From Blasia pusilla (Eukaryota), in NCBI GenBank assembly GCA_050084515.1, contig CM114271.1, positions 47,926,001-47,990,000 on the forward strand: a DNA stretch of 64,000 nt, in the 5' to 3' direction. Every line of letters starts with the position of its first letter. Position 1 is the stretch's first letter. The notes under the pieces are model-generated. The model did no database searches. It worked only from the letters and a program-made list of their open reading frames with translations, and had not been told where the DNA came from. Below are positions 1 through 11,620 of this stretch, piece after piece. Both the position numbers and the translations under genes were made by a program.

Positions 1-3000
1 CTCTCGCCTCTCTCGCCTTGAAGACTCAGCCTCTTTTCTTGAAGACTCAACCTCGGAATTCCTAGACCCTTTTGCCTTTGCTTTCAAACTCTCTGTGGAT
101 TTGTCCTTGGCGGTGACTACCTTGGACATCAACTCAGCTATCTCCATGGCTTGTTCTTCCGCATCTCCTTCCAAAAAAATTTCAGTCTTCATGAAGTTTG
201 GAATGTTGTCCTTGCCAACGACGACGGCGTCATACACCATGCTTAGGTTCTTGTTTGTCATCTCCTCCAGCTTGTTGAAGTCCAACCAGATTAGACAATT
301 CAATACCTTCCACTCGGACATGTTTTGTCCCATCTCCATGTCGTACATGGAGAATCCCTCTCCATCAAGAGGAGAAGCCCATAATTTGTAGGTTGCCGGT
401 AATTTTCGCAAGTTACTTGCATTCACAGAATAGATGAGGTACCTGTACACCATTCGCTAGGCAGCTCTTTGTCGAGATGACTCAGCCGCGTGGTTCTGAC
501 GATCCCACTTCTTCTTTGCGAAATATTATTTTCGCACGTCTATTTCCTCGTCCAGATCTGCCTGAGGAAGGATGTGATTCTTGAACATCGTCCTGAAGCC
601 AGGGTTTTTCGTCGGCTTATCCCTAATATCATCAGGCCACAGTTCAAAATCTTTTGCAGCCTCTAGGTTGGCCTCCTTTGGAACTAGCTCAATATTTTTG
701 AGCTCCACTTCTAGACCCACCATCATCAACTTCCCAAGAAGTTATAGCGCATCCTAGAAGGACCATTCCGTAGCCAATATGAGATCACTGGGTCTGATAC
801 GCCCAAAGGGTGGTGTGCCGCCCGCTTCTTCGCCTTGGTGCCTTCAAGATTGATTTTCATGAGTCGAATCCGCCTAAACTCTGATATCCTGTGCACGCAA
901 TCCAAAGAGACCTTCTCTCCAATTCGACCCTGTGGGTCTTTGTCCCTCTTCTGCTAGCGCTCGATTATTGCCTTCAACTCCTTGTAGAACTCCGGGCCAA
1001 GTTCGGGGTTGAGGATTTCAATGTACCGCTCTATCTTTCTTGCAGTGTACTTTGTAGCTACAGACACGGCAGCCTGAATGAATTTGGCCCGTTCCAAGGA
1101 CGAGACATTTTCCCTTCGTTCCAGTTCCAATGTGGCGCTCTTCTTGGCTGCATGGATCTTGGACCATCATAGAATCGTGACCGCTGCATCTTGGGAGATG
1201 AAAGTAATTTCCCAAGTCTTCTTCTTTATTTCAGCGCCCTTCGCCAGCATCTCATCGACCAGGTCCTCACCGAGGAATCCCTTGTACTCTGATGGGGATA
1301 GCGTAAGCACCTTCTTGACTCTGTTGAATTCCAAGATCCAGTGGTGGGTGACGTTCCCCTTGGATACAATCCTCAAAATGCAGAGACAAGGTTAGAATAA
1401 TGATCCCTTGCAACCCTTCAATTTCCGTCTGGTTGCACCGGAGTTTTCATTGCATAGTGAGTGCAACCTGTTAGACTCCGATGGGTTGCACCACTCTCGA
1501 CAGATTGCAAGGAAGTGCAATCCGTTGGACTCCAAGTGGTTGCAAAAATTTCTTCGAGTTGCAATCTCTTGGAGGCCCAATGTAGTTTCTGCAACAAGTC
1601 GGACTCTCGGTCGGACTCTGACGGGTTGCATCACTGTCCGCAGATGGAAACGGTTTGCAACCCGTCAGGGCCCGATGGGTAGCACATTAATGTCCATCGG
1701 CATGAGGTGACACAACCCGTCAGAGTCCAACGGATTGCAGGAAGTCCCCAGAAGCATAGTTCAATCCAAATTTTGACCCAAAAGAAATTTGGTTGCAACC
1801 CGTTGAACTCCAATGGTTTGCAAAATGACTTCCATTCAAAGTGAAGTTTCTAGATGAAACGTGTGTTCAGCAACCCGTCGGAGTCCGACGGGTTGCAAAA
1901 TGGTCTTGTATAGATGTCATCGAAGGCCTAAAATCAACCCATCCGGCTCGGACGAGTTGCAAAAGGCCAAATAATCAACAAGTAGGAGGAACTTTTGGGG
2001 AAAATGGAACCCGTCAGAGTCCGACGGGTTGCTTTTTGGCCAAAAGTGACGAAAAACTAGGTGATTATTTTACCTTTGGCAACCCGTTGGAGTCTGACGC
2101 GTTGCTTTGAGGCCTCTGATGACTTGTAAAGAAGACCATTGTGCAACCTGTCGGAGTCCGACGGGTTGCTAAACATAAGCAACATCCAGAAATCTCCCTC
2201 GAAAGCAGAGTCATTTCGCAACCCGTCAGACTCCGATGGGTTGCAGTAGCTCGGATTTATCCAAAAAATTGGCTACCAATTTCTCATTTTGCAACCCATT
2301 GGAGTCCGACACGTTGGTGTAGCCCGGTTCATCCAAAAAACTGGCTACCAATTTCTCATTTTGCAACTCGTCGGACAAATTTCAGGATTGCCAAGCGAAA
2401 TCTAATGGAAGTCCTGATTTCAACCCATCAAAGTCCGATGGATTGCTGGATTGTACTCGAATTTCCCGTGCAATGTCAGAAAGGATTGTGGCTATCCACT
2501 CCTACGATTCCTGCCAATCTACTATCTGAACATGTTTGCAATCCTTCGGACTTCGACAGGTTGAAGCAAACAAAAATTATTGAGAGAAATATGAACTTAT
2601 ATATTCATGGAATACATTTCCATCTCCACCATTTCCATGTGATGCGGAAATGGATAGAGGACGACTACCCTCACGCAGAAATGCACTTCCAATGAATTCG
2701 GGCCCTCCTCAGCAAACTCTGACCATGCCATGTACTTGTGGTTTCCATCCCATATAAAGAAGTAGAGGTTCCGCATCCAGCTGTATTGTGTTCCTTCAAT
2801 AGCTCTTCTGAATTCCTCGTTTCTGATCCTCCAAAATGTGTCCAAGGCCTCTAGGTCTTCTTCCATCACCAGAGCCTACGTTCCATGTTCATCATAAGGC
2901 TGAACATAGAACGGAGGGAAGCTATCAACGTAGGATGTTGTCGTAACCGACTGCTTCAGCTTTGCGATGTCCTCGTCAGACTAAATTTTGCGGACGTATT

Positions 3001-3940
3001 CTATTGTCTACAGTCAAAAAAGTGGAATTCTTGGGGACTTGTGACCCTCCACCACTGACATTTGCTTAACAACTTGCCACAATGGCGAGGAACGCCAATT
3101 ATAAGGTGCTTTTCAGATTTTTCCAATTAAGAAAGGAATTGAGAATGCGATTTCAAATATGCCATTGTCTACTTACCCGCTCAAAAATTGGTTGAGTGTC
3201 GATGCCAACCAGCTGCTCTAGGATAGCATGTGGCAAGTCCATAGGAAATTCATCGATGTGATAGAGGTCGATTTCTTCCATCGGGCTCAATGACAATGAC
3301 GACTCTTCTCGTGCTTCTTCAGAGATGTCCACCATCTCCACACTTGTGTCCTCATGACCTCCTCGTCCGCCTCTTGAACTTCTTTTGTTTCCTCAACTGA
3401 TTCTAAGTTCATCGTGTCTCCAGACCTCGTCGGGGACATATCCTACATCTCAACATTGTTCGTTGGACGGGTGGGGCTTTCTTCCACCGCGATAGCTTTT
3501 TCTCTCCACACTTTCGCCAATTCTGCTCTCCTGATGGAGGCGTTGAGACGCTTCTTCTCTCGCTTCTCATCCGCAACTCTTTTCTTCAAAGCCTTATATG
3601 CCTCAGCCTTCGCATTCTACCTTGCGAGCTCCTCCAGAGCAAGATTTGCCACAACCTCTTGCCTGTGCATTTCTGCTTCCCTCTCCCGGTCCTCTATTTC
3701 TTGTTGCCTAATTTTTGTTGCCGAGCAAGGGCTAGGAGCTGGCGGCGCAGGAGTCTTGATGGACTCGGGAGTGACGCTCCCAACCTTTGTTACTTGTGTT
3801 TTCTTCCTTTTCATTGTGCATCTTGATTGATTCTTCTTCCTCGTTAATGTTATCTACACATGTGCACTCCAGAAATCCAATCGACTGCCTAAACTCTCAA
3901 AGCGTCGATTGATTGTCTCAACCCAACTCTCAAACCATCA
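1..3940 (-). pseudogene. Decayed spliced accessory gene of the MULE-like element, with a ParB/Sulfiredoxin-like domain; continues past the window start
   Basis: Minus-strand ORF pieces at 3617-3814 (basic, charged), 3153-3341, 2597-2869, 1167-1376 and 526-729. Reading through two TAG stops (2981-2983, 2876-2878) gives YVRKI*SDEDIAKLKQSVTTTSYVDSFPPFYVQ...LYFFIWDGNHKYMAW. Inferred intron 1372-2600 joins in phase (mutated ATAAGT donor, AG acceptor). Start position uncertain. Confidence 0.65.
1409..2565. repeat. Array A: about 17 interspaced copies of the 29-bp palindrome TGCAACCCGTCGGA-N-TCCGACGGGTTGCA
   Basis: Examples: agcaacccgtcggagtccgacgggttgca at 1869, tgcaacctgtcggagtccgacgggttgct at 2142, cgcaacccgtcagactccgatgggttgca at 2217. 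Period about 55-75 bp with mostly unique spacers. Confidence 0.95.
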
Positions 3941-4092
3941 TTTCTTGAAGCACCGTTACCTTCCAATGAAGGGCTTCGAGAAATCGACGTGTTCAGTTGA
4001 GGCGGGGACCTCAACTTCCCTGAGGACTCGAAGGTGGAGGAAGAGCTCCAGCTGAAATTGCAAAATGAAAAAGGGAAATTAGCAAAAATTGT

Positions 4093-4103
4093 GCCTTATA
4101 TAC
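4093..4103 (-). promoter_or_regulatory. Candidate TATA box for the minus-strand accessory gene
   Basis: GTATATAAGG on the minus strand, upstream of a pyrimidine-rich stretch and the first ORF pieces. Confidence 0.3.
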
Positions 4104-4193
4104 TTTCCGAGCCGTTGAGGTGACCATTGGTTCGTGGGAACCGTTGGACCGATGGAAACATCGGCCGTTACGGTGCTTTGCATGTGGGAAACG

Positions 4194-4484
4194 TGCAACT
4201 CGTCGGACTTGATGTACATGCAACCCGTCGGACTCGAAGGACGTGCAACGCGTCAAAGTTTGACGGGTTGCACGCTTCCCTCAGCGTGGGACATCAAGGC
4301 GAGGTCCCCAATAGTTAGATTCCAAAGATTCGCAAGCAAATGGATTCCGTGGCTTTGCAACCCGTCAAAGTCTGACGATTTGCAACCATTCGCATTCCAA
4401 CGGATTGCAACTTCTCGGAATCCGATGGGTTGCAACTTGTTAGAATCTGACGGGTTGCAACTTGTCGAAATCCGACGGGTTGAA
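4194..4484. repeat. Array B: same palindrome, partly as contiguous 25-bp tandem units sharing TGCA, in the divergent intergenic region
   Basis: tgcaacccgtcaaagtctgacgatt/tgcaaccattcgcattccaacggat/tgcaacttctcggaatccgatgggt/tgcaacttgttagaatctgacgggt/tgcaacttgtcgaaatccgacgggt at 4356-4480, plus copies at 4194-4272. Confidence 0.92.
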
Positions 4485-4681
4485 CTAACCTTGTGAATGT
4501 CTAACCTGAGGCAATCTGAAAACTTTCAACGTGATCAATCTCAAGGGAAATTTATTTTTATTGCACTTTCCTTGGTGCAGACACTGTCAAATAATTTCAC
4601 CTACCAACTAACAGCTTGTCAAGAGAATAACAGTCACTATTCACTATAAATTAAGCATTCTCATTCTTATTCTCATTCTCC

Positions 4682-7600
4682 TTGTGGAATTATCTGCAAA
4701 TGGATAATTATGTGAAACTCACACATGGCAATCATCTAGCGGCCCTTCCTCAATCACATATAATTCGACCCCAAGCTATGGAGTCTTACATACAAGTGGA
4801 TGAAAATTTCCTTTCACTCCGATTTCTTCTCCACATTGGAACAATCTTTATTTCCAAGGATGTTAGGGTGGATGGTATGGAGGACCTCGTAGGTGACACA
4901 CTCCAGCCAGTGATTGGAGACTCTAAAGTATGGACCTTCCTACCTTACACAAATGGACAATACATAGTTTATGGTTTTCCTCTGAAGCCTTTTGTTTTCC
5001 AAGTCGACGGTCTGCAATTTCCTAGTGCACTGAGCTCTATGTTTGCCACTCCCAGCTCTGTAGATGTAGCATTGACTCCAACTTCACACATTCGTGACAA
5101 TGTTGTACTTCTTGAAGAGATTCTGGATGTTGTCAACCTGACGGGATGTGCTCGACACCAACCGGACCCTGCCTTTCTCTACTCGTTCCTCTTCCGAGTT
5201 TCGGGCAATAATTTCATGTCATTTCTGCCCTTGAAAATGTTCAAGCACATTCTTGTCAACGAGTTGCTGCCCACGTACGATGGTAATTGCATTTTTGAGT
5301 TGCCTCCACTTGCTGGTCTTGCTCAAAAGAAAAATGGAGGACACTTGAAGGGTATGGACAGAAAGTCTCATTGTCATTGATGGTGCAGGCTTCAGCGGAC
5401 TAGTGCTTCAATTCCATGTGGTCCTTGGATTTTTCTCACCGCCAATGCGTTGGAGCCCTAGTGTAGAAGTCCAAGCTGCCCATTTCTAGAGTGAAATGGT
5501 TGAGTCACTACGTCGCAATTCCCCCCAAAGAATGCAGAAACTCCTTATGAGGTTGGTGCCACCATACCACCAAGAGGCCATCGATGTCCTCATTGTCAAG
5601 CATCCCCTTTCTACATTAGAGCATATCCAGCATAAATATTTTTCATTGCGCACGACTATAGTTCTACATCTGAGTACACCACACTGGCAGTACATGTTGG
5701 TTCCCACACTCATCATGTTATTGGTGCAATTCAGAGACACATCAAGGAGGATGTGGCAAAGAAAGTGGATGAGATGTATAGAAACACTCCGAGATCAAAT
5801 CCCGGAATGATGAAGTTGACAACAGCATCACAAATTTGTGAACAACTACTTGGAATCCCTAGCCATGGCAAGAGCATGGCTTCTGAGGAGAAACAACTCT
5901 GGGAAAATCTGGCATTTCTCGCTGATCTTGAATGCTTCAGGGACTTGTTGCATTAAATAAAAGTACTTGATGGAAAGATGGTCGGAATAGATGCCATTGC
6001 GAGAATCAAGGATAACTCCAGATTTCCTTTTATTTAGAGATGAAAATTTATGTGCTAGGGAGGCGAGGGATCTAGAGCTGATGTCTTCAAAATATCTACA
6101 ACAAGGCCGTCCAGTGGCCTCGATCTTATTGATCGAATGAGGGAAGGAGAAGATCTTTATGGCAGTTGGGTAAGCTTTGATATTTGCTACAGGGTGCTGA
6201 ATGGATGGTTGACCATGGGTGCTCACGTTTACGACCATGTGGAGAAGGGACTCAAAACCATATTTGTTTGTGAGGTAAAAGCAAAAGATGTTGGCACTTT
6301 GAACATGTGTTGGTTACTCTTATTGGAGGTGGTGAAGGAAAAAAAAGGCCACCTCCTGAAATTTATGGGTTCATGGTGGACAATGTACAACTAGGATTGA
6401 TTGCTATCAAGGAAGTGTTATCGGGTGGAGAAGTTCAACGAGAGAGGGAAAGGTTGGATGCTTTCCATTGGCAATAGTCTATGACTCGGTACACCAAATC
6501 TTGCATCGAGGAGAATAAGAGAATAGAGCATGTGGCTCTACTCCAACGCTGCAAGGACAGCAAAACCTTGAAACATGCCATGGAGTGCCAAGAAGAACTT
6601 CATGGGTGGTGGAGGAAGCATGCAATTGAGAGGAAGTACAAGGAGTTTTGTTTTTGGCTCACTTGGCTTAGTACGAATGAGACAATGGGGAAACTTCCTA
6701 CGGGAGGTGAGTTCAGAATTTCCTCCTTTCCAGCTCATGCTGAGAATTATTTGAAAAGTTGCAGCTCAAGTTGCAACTCGTCGAAACGATAGGGATTCCG
6801 AATCTGAGAAGCCAAGCAACCCGTTGGATACGACTGGTTGCTTCAGTGTGGAACCCATCGAAACAATAAGGATTCCAAATCTCAGAAGCCAAGCAACACG
6901 TCAAACTCGACAGGTTGCATCAGTCTCCAACCCATCGGATCTCGACGGGTTGCAAGTAAGAAAGTATGCTAGGTCCGCAAATAGCTGGTTTTCAATGGAT
7001 GGCAAGTTGCAAGTAAGAAAGTATACTGAGTTTGCAAACCGTCGGTTTTTACGGATTTCAAGGTGCCTAAGTGTGCAACCCATCGGATTCTGACAGGTTG
7101 CAGACCTTTGTCTATCGACACTTCTTATAATCCATCAGAATCCGACGGGTTGCACATGGATTTTCTTGGCCAGACTGGCCTCCTAATTGCAATCCGTCCA
7201 ATTTTGATGGGTTGCATTAGGAGCTTCCACATTCTGGCAACCCATCAGAAACCGACGGGTTGCACAGACGTTTTTGGGATGCCTCTGACTTGCAGCCCGT
7301 CCGATTCCGACGGGTTGCAGACCCTTTTTTGTGGATAATTCTTGCAAGCCATCGGAATCTGACGGCTTGAACATGGATTTTCCAGGCCGGACTGGCCTCC
7401 TACTGGCAACCCATCCAATTCCGGCGGGTTGCAATAGAAGGTTCTTGGGTGGTGTGACCCGTCGGAAACCGACGGGTTGCACAGACGTTCCTAGGATGCC
7501 TCTGACTTGCAGCCCGTCGGATTCCGACAAGTTGCAGGCCTTTTTCTCTGGACACTTCTTGCAAGGGGTCAAAATCCGACGGCTTGCACATGGATTTTCC

Positions 7601-9305
7601 AAGCCGGACTGGCCTCCTACTTGCAACCCGTCCGATGTCGATGGCTTGCAGTAGGAGGTTCTTGGGTGGTGTGACTCGTGGAAAACTAACGGGTTGCACA
7701 GACATTCCTGGGATGCCTATGACTTGCAATCCATCGGGTTCTAACAAGTTGCTATTTTCTTTGCTTACAGAGCTTTTTCCGTTCCTTTTTCACATTTTCG
7801 TCTCTGCAGGGATTGAACATTCATAAAAATGCCCTTTGCCTCAACATAAGTGGAGCCAAGAGTTTTGATTCCTCTTGGAGGTTGTCACAAGCATGCCAAA
7901 AAATTTCACTCGTGGAGGCATGCCAACAAGACCAGGCAAGGGCAATGCTACAGTCTGCATCATCCCATATCTTCCTCACAAAAGGCAAAACCAAGGAAAG
8001 GGACCTTCAATTTACGAGCTCTATGTTAGGGCCGGTGTGAGATCTGGTGATGAGAAATTGTATGTGGAAGCCTTCAATTGGTGCATAGCCGAAACTCCCT
8101 CGAGCAAGACGTCCACATTGGTGGGGACATTTGTGGGCGTGTTTTAAGACATCTAATACAAATGGTGGTAGAGCACTCTGAGCGAGACTCCTGGAGACCA
8201 GATAAGTACCTTGACTTCAAGCAAGTCAAGTGTCAACATCAAGGAATGAACCCGATGATTGATTTGGATGAAGAAACAACCCCGCCCAGGTATTCAGAGA
8301 CACCAGATTGCTCCCAAATTTTAGTAGAAGTAACTTCTCCAAAATCAGTGAATGGTGAATCAAAATCTCTCTGTTGGTGGAACTTCGCAACATCTGGTCT
8401 TTGGGGTGGTACAACAGTATGGGATTCCCGTCATTGAGGTGGATCGTAACCTCAAGAGATAGCATATATCTCAAAGCAACCCTGGACGTGGACCACTTGC
8501 AAGGCAGGATCCGATGGCATTAGGAGAGCATGCGGCACTTTTTTGAATAAGAACTATACAGGACTACACGACCACTGCCAGGCTTCTAGGGGCTAAAAAC
8601 CATTGATTGTTTCACTAAGACGAGGGATCAATTGAAGTACTTCTTCTGCCCAAATGAATCATGCGCTTTTGAAAGTCTTATCCAGCTGCAATTGGAGCTC
8701 CAGGGAATACCCCCATGATTTGGCCCATTGTTGTTGGTACCAATTGCACTTAGGAGGAAGTGGACAATCTTACAAGTGTCGGTTTCAGACTCGTAGATGG
8801 AGGGTGTTTGGAGCATTTTTACATTACAGAGACCTTCGCATTTTGGATTTAACCTAAGATTGATGTCAACATGTACCCGGAGAAAGTGGATGATCGCAAT
8901 CCACTATTTCTGTTCGAGTCTAGAAATGGGGTGAAGAGAAATAGAATGCATAGGCCAACGATGGAGAGAGCAAAGCAAATCGCATCAGCTCGAGAGGAAA
9001 ACATGGAAATCATCGCCACAAAAGACGTTCATAGTGGAAATGGAATAGGAAGGATGTATTGGGTCAGGAACAACACTGTGAATTCAAGTGTGAGAGGGGT
9101 GTATGTGGTACACATCTATTGCTTTCCCACATGTTCCTGTGATGACTTTATGCAAAGAGAGAAAAGTGGGAAAAGGTATTTCCCTTGTAAGCACACGTAC
9201 TATGTGTTGCTTGTAGTTTTAAGAGAGTCGGAGGTAGGAGTAGGAATCCACCAACCAATTTCGTCCCTCAAAGAAGTGCAAAGTATCCTAAACAAACCAC
9301 TTTGA
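4682..9305 (+). pseudogene. Mutator-like (MULE) transposase pseudogene: GCM-like Zn domain, DDE core, C-terminal SWIM finger
   Basis: Frameshifted pieces: CVGAL-x-CRSPSCPF...CPHC...HVGSHTH (about 5440-5715); WVSFD (first D, about 6170); GFMVDN (second D, about 6370); LDAFHW, matching the (C/D)xxH motif; SWIM CSCDDF...PCKH (about 9130-9195). In-phase GT-AG intron 6707-7809. Confidence 0.75.
6770..7753. repeat. Array C: palindrome array in the transposase intron, with a higher-order unit of about 217 bp (4 palindromes) repeated about 3 times
   Basis: Units begin at about 7126, 7342 and 7560, with recurring spacers such as catggattttcc...gactggcctccta and cagacgtt...ggatgcctctgact. The array lies wholly inside intron 6707-7809. 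Confidence 0.93.
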
Positions 9306-9766
9306 GGATGCAAAATGAGGTCTTAGATTGTACTTTAAATTAAAGTGCCAAAATGTTCATTATGAGCTTGAACTATAATCAGCTATGGAAACCAGATGCA
9401 TTTTTTTCAGACCTTGGATGGAAAAAGTGATTTGTTCCATATTTGTGATTCCAATGATTTTTCAGTTTTTTTTATTTTGTGCAAGTTGCAACCCGTCAGA
9501 TTCAGACGGATTGCCAAAGTGTGGAAGAGAATAAACAAATTTGTGGTAGTGACTAAGCACAGAGAAAAAAATTTGCAAAAATGTTCACAAAAAAAACTTC
9601 CTCTCTTCAACCCAACGGAAAATCTGTTCAAATCACAGGAAGCTCTCTTCAAAAAAAAGTATCTCTTTGGGTTGAAGGTAGTTTCCTCTCTCCTCTCTCC
9701 TTTCTTCCTCTTATCTCTCTCCTCTCTTCCTCTCCTCTTATCGCGCCTCCACGCCCTCATACCACA

Positions 9767-9865
9767 CCTCCAATTTCTTACAACTCTTAGTTCACCTCCA
9801 CCCTCTCATACCACGCTTCCAACTTCTTACAACTCTTAGTTCACCTCTACCCGCAGTTCCAACTT
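9767..9865 (+). repeat. Short tandem duplication (about 50 bp) following a CT-rich tract near the likely element end
   Basis: ccaa(t/c)ttcttacaactcttagttcacctc occurs twice. Confidence 0.7.
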
Positions 9866-11620
9866 CTTGACTCCAACTTTGGCCTCAAATTAGCTATCGG
9901 AAGCACCTCATTTATACCAAAGGTGATTCTGTGACTATCACACACATGTGGAAAGGACAACAATAATTCACAGTATAACACATGTAACACACAATTTTTT
10001 GTGTAGATTAACAGGCTCCGTGTAGAATCCTTTCGAGCCGCCAATGAAAGCACGACATGCATCTCTAAATAAGATAGCAAATTGAAAAAGGCGAAAAATA
10101 GTCCAATGTCCACCTTTCCACATGTAGTAACCCTTAGAGTAACCCCTCATGTTTCAGTAATAATATAGATTATCGGATGGATTTCTGCCTCACAAGTAAC
10201 CACAGGTGTGCATTTATAAATTAGTTCATATACTTACATATTTACATTTTTGGAAAATCGAAGTAGAGACCGAGTACTTATCCCGAATTGGTGCAAGAAG
10301 GTGACCTGCGCAGGCCGGTTATTCCGGCCGTTCTAAACCAGGAAATACTTTTAGAATACATATTTAAGGTTGAATAGTTTGAAAGGTAATATAGAAAATG
10401 GGTTTCACTCGTAGGATTGCTTACTATCTTTTTCCCATCTCTTGAACGTCTTCTGAATAAATGTGCAGATCCCAAGGAACGTCGTTATTACTCGGATCAT
10501 TGCAGTGTATGAGTGAATTACTCTCGGCGGGTAGGGTATCCGCCGATGCTATTGCGAGTTGAGTTGCTGAAGGGTATTTTTCGCAGACATTTCAGAATCC
10601 GGAGTGTATACATATGATTCTCCCTCGTGCAAACACAAATTGATTAAAAGGTCCTCTACTTCATGGTATGGACAAACAGGAAGTCTCTTTCAGATGAGAC
10701 TGAAAGCAGAATCCGTGCGACGGTCGAGTAATGTTGTAAGGGAACATCTATTTTCTACGGGAATGTCCCAAAGCCGGATTCAGAACAAACAGCTACAAAC
10801 AATTTTTTTTCTCAACCTTTCACAGATCTTTTTTGTGCTCTTCTAGACTGGATTAGTATGTAAACGTCCATTAAACTGTCAGTTGTGATTCCAATCAGCT
10901 TTCCCCATTCGCGCCTCTCAGACATGAAGAGCATTCGAAGAGATCTGCACATTCATCCTTTTTTTTTATTCTTGTTTCTAAGTTAATTGTACTATAATAT
11001 AATGAAACAATAACAATTAATCATCACCATCCATTTCAACCCTATGAACAATGAAAATGTAATCTACCTATTATGACCGCACAACACAAAAGAGCTACTT
11101 CTACATCCCCGAACATCCAGTCAATCTATAGGTGTGTTTGGCGTCTTCATGTTTGTCACCCAATTGAAAACGTTACACTGAATTCCAAGCCATCTACAGA
11201 ACTGTGTCGCCATATTGAAAACGTGCTTAGTCAACTCCAAACCAGAAACAAAGGAACCGTTCTCTTAATTTTATTGATTCACCCCGAGTTTCTCTGGTAA
11301 AAACATTCACTCACAGAAGACCTCACACATGAGGAAGAATGGTCAATCCGCCCACCTATACCCAAGAGACTTTGGGGAGGAGTTGCAACAGTGACTATGT
11401 TGGCTTTTATTCTACTTGCTTGAGTTGTGATTATTTACTGCCAACTTTGCTTGGCTGTGGTTCCTCTCAATCCCATGTTTCGAAACTCAAATGCCATCAC
11501 CTCATGATTCATAGGGCGAACACTGGGCCGAGAAAGCCATTAGGTTTTTTATCCTTTCGTCAATCTGACCTTCCAGTGTTGACATGTGGTGGAGTAAACT
11601 AACTCAACAAGCAGCTGATT

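Noticed and set aside
1392-2560. Many overlapping ORFs across the palindrome arrays (also 6824-7826 and 37403-38612)
   Set aside because: Artefacts of repetitive or GC-rich sequence; the translations recycle the repeat (CNPSESDGLQ, QPVGVRRVA).
1409-7753. Calling the palindrome arrays a true CRISPR locus
   Set aside because: Eukaryotic intron-containing context, no cas genes, degenerate repeats, and some duplicated spacers.
10524-10546. Small GC hairpin tcggcgggtagggtatccgccga as a possible ncRNA
   Set aside because: No recognisable snRNA, snoRNA or tRNA motifs; the stem is short.
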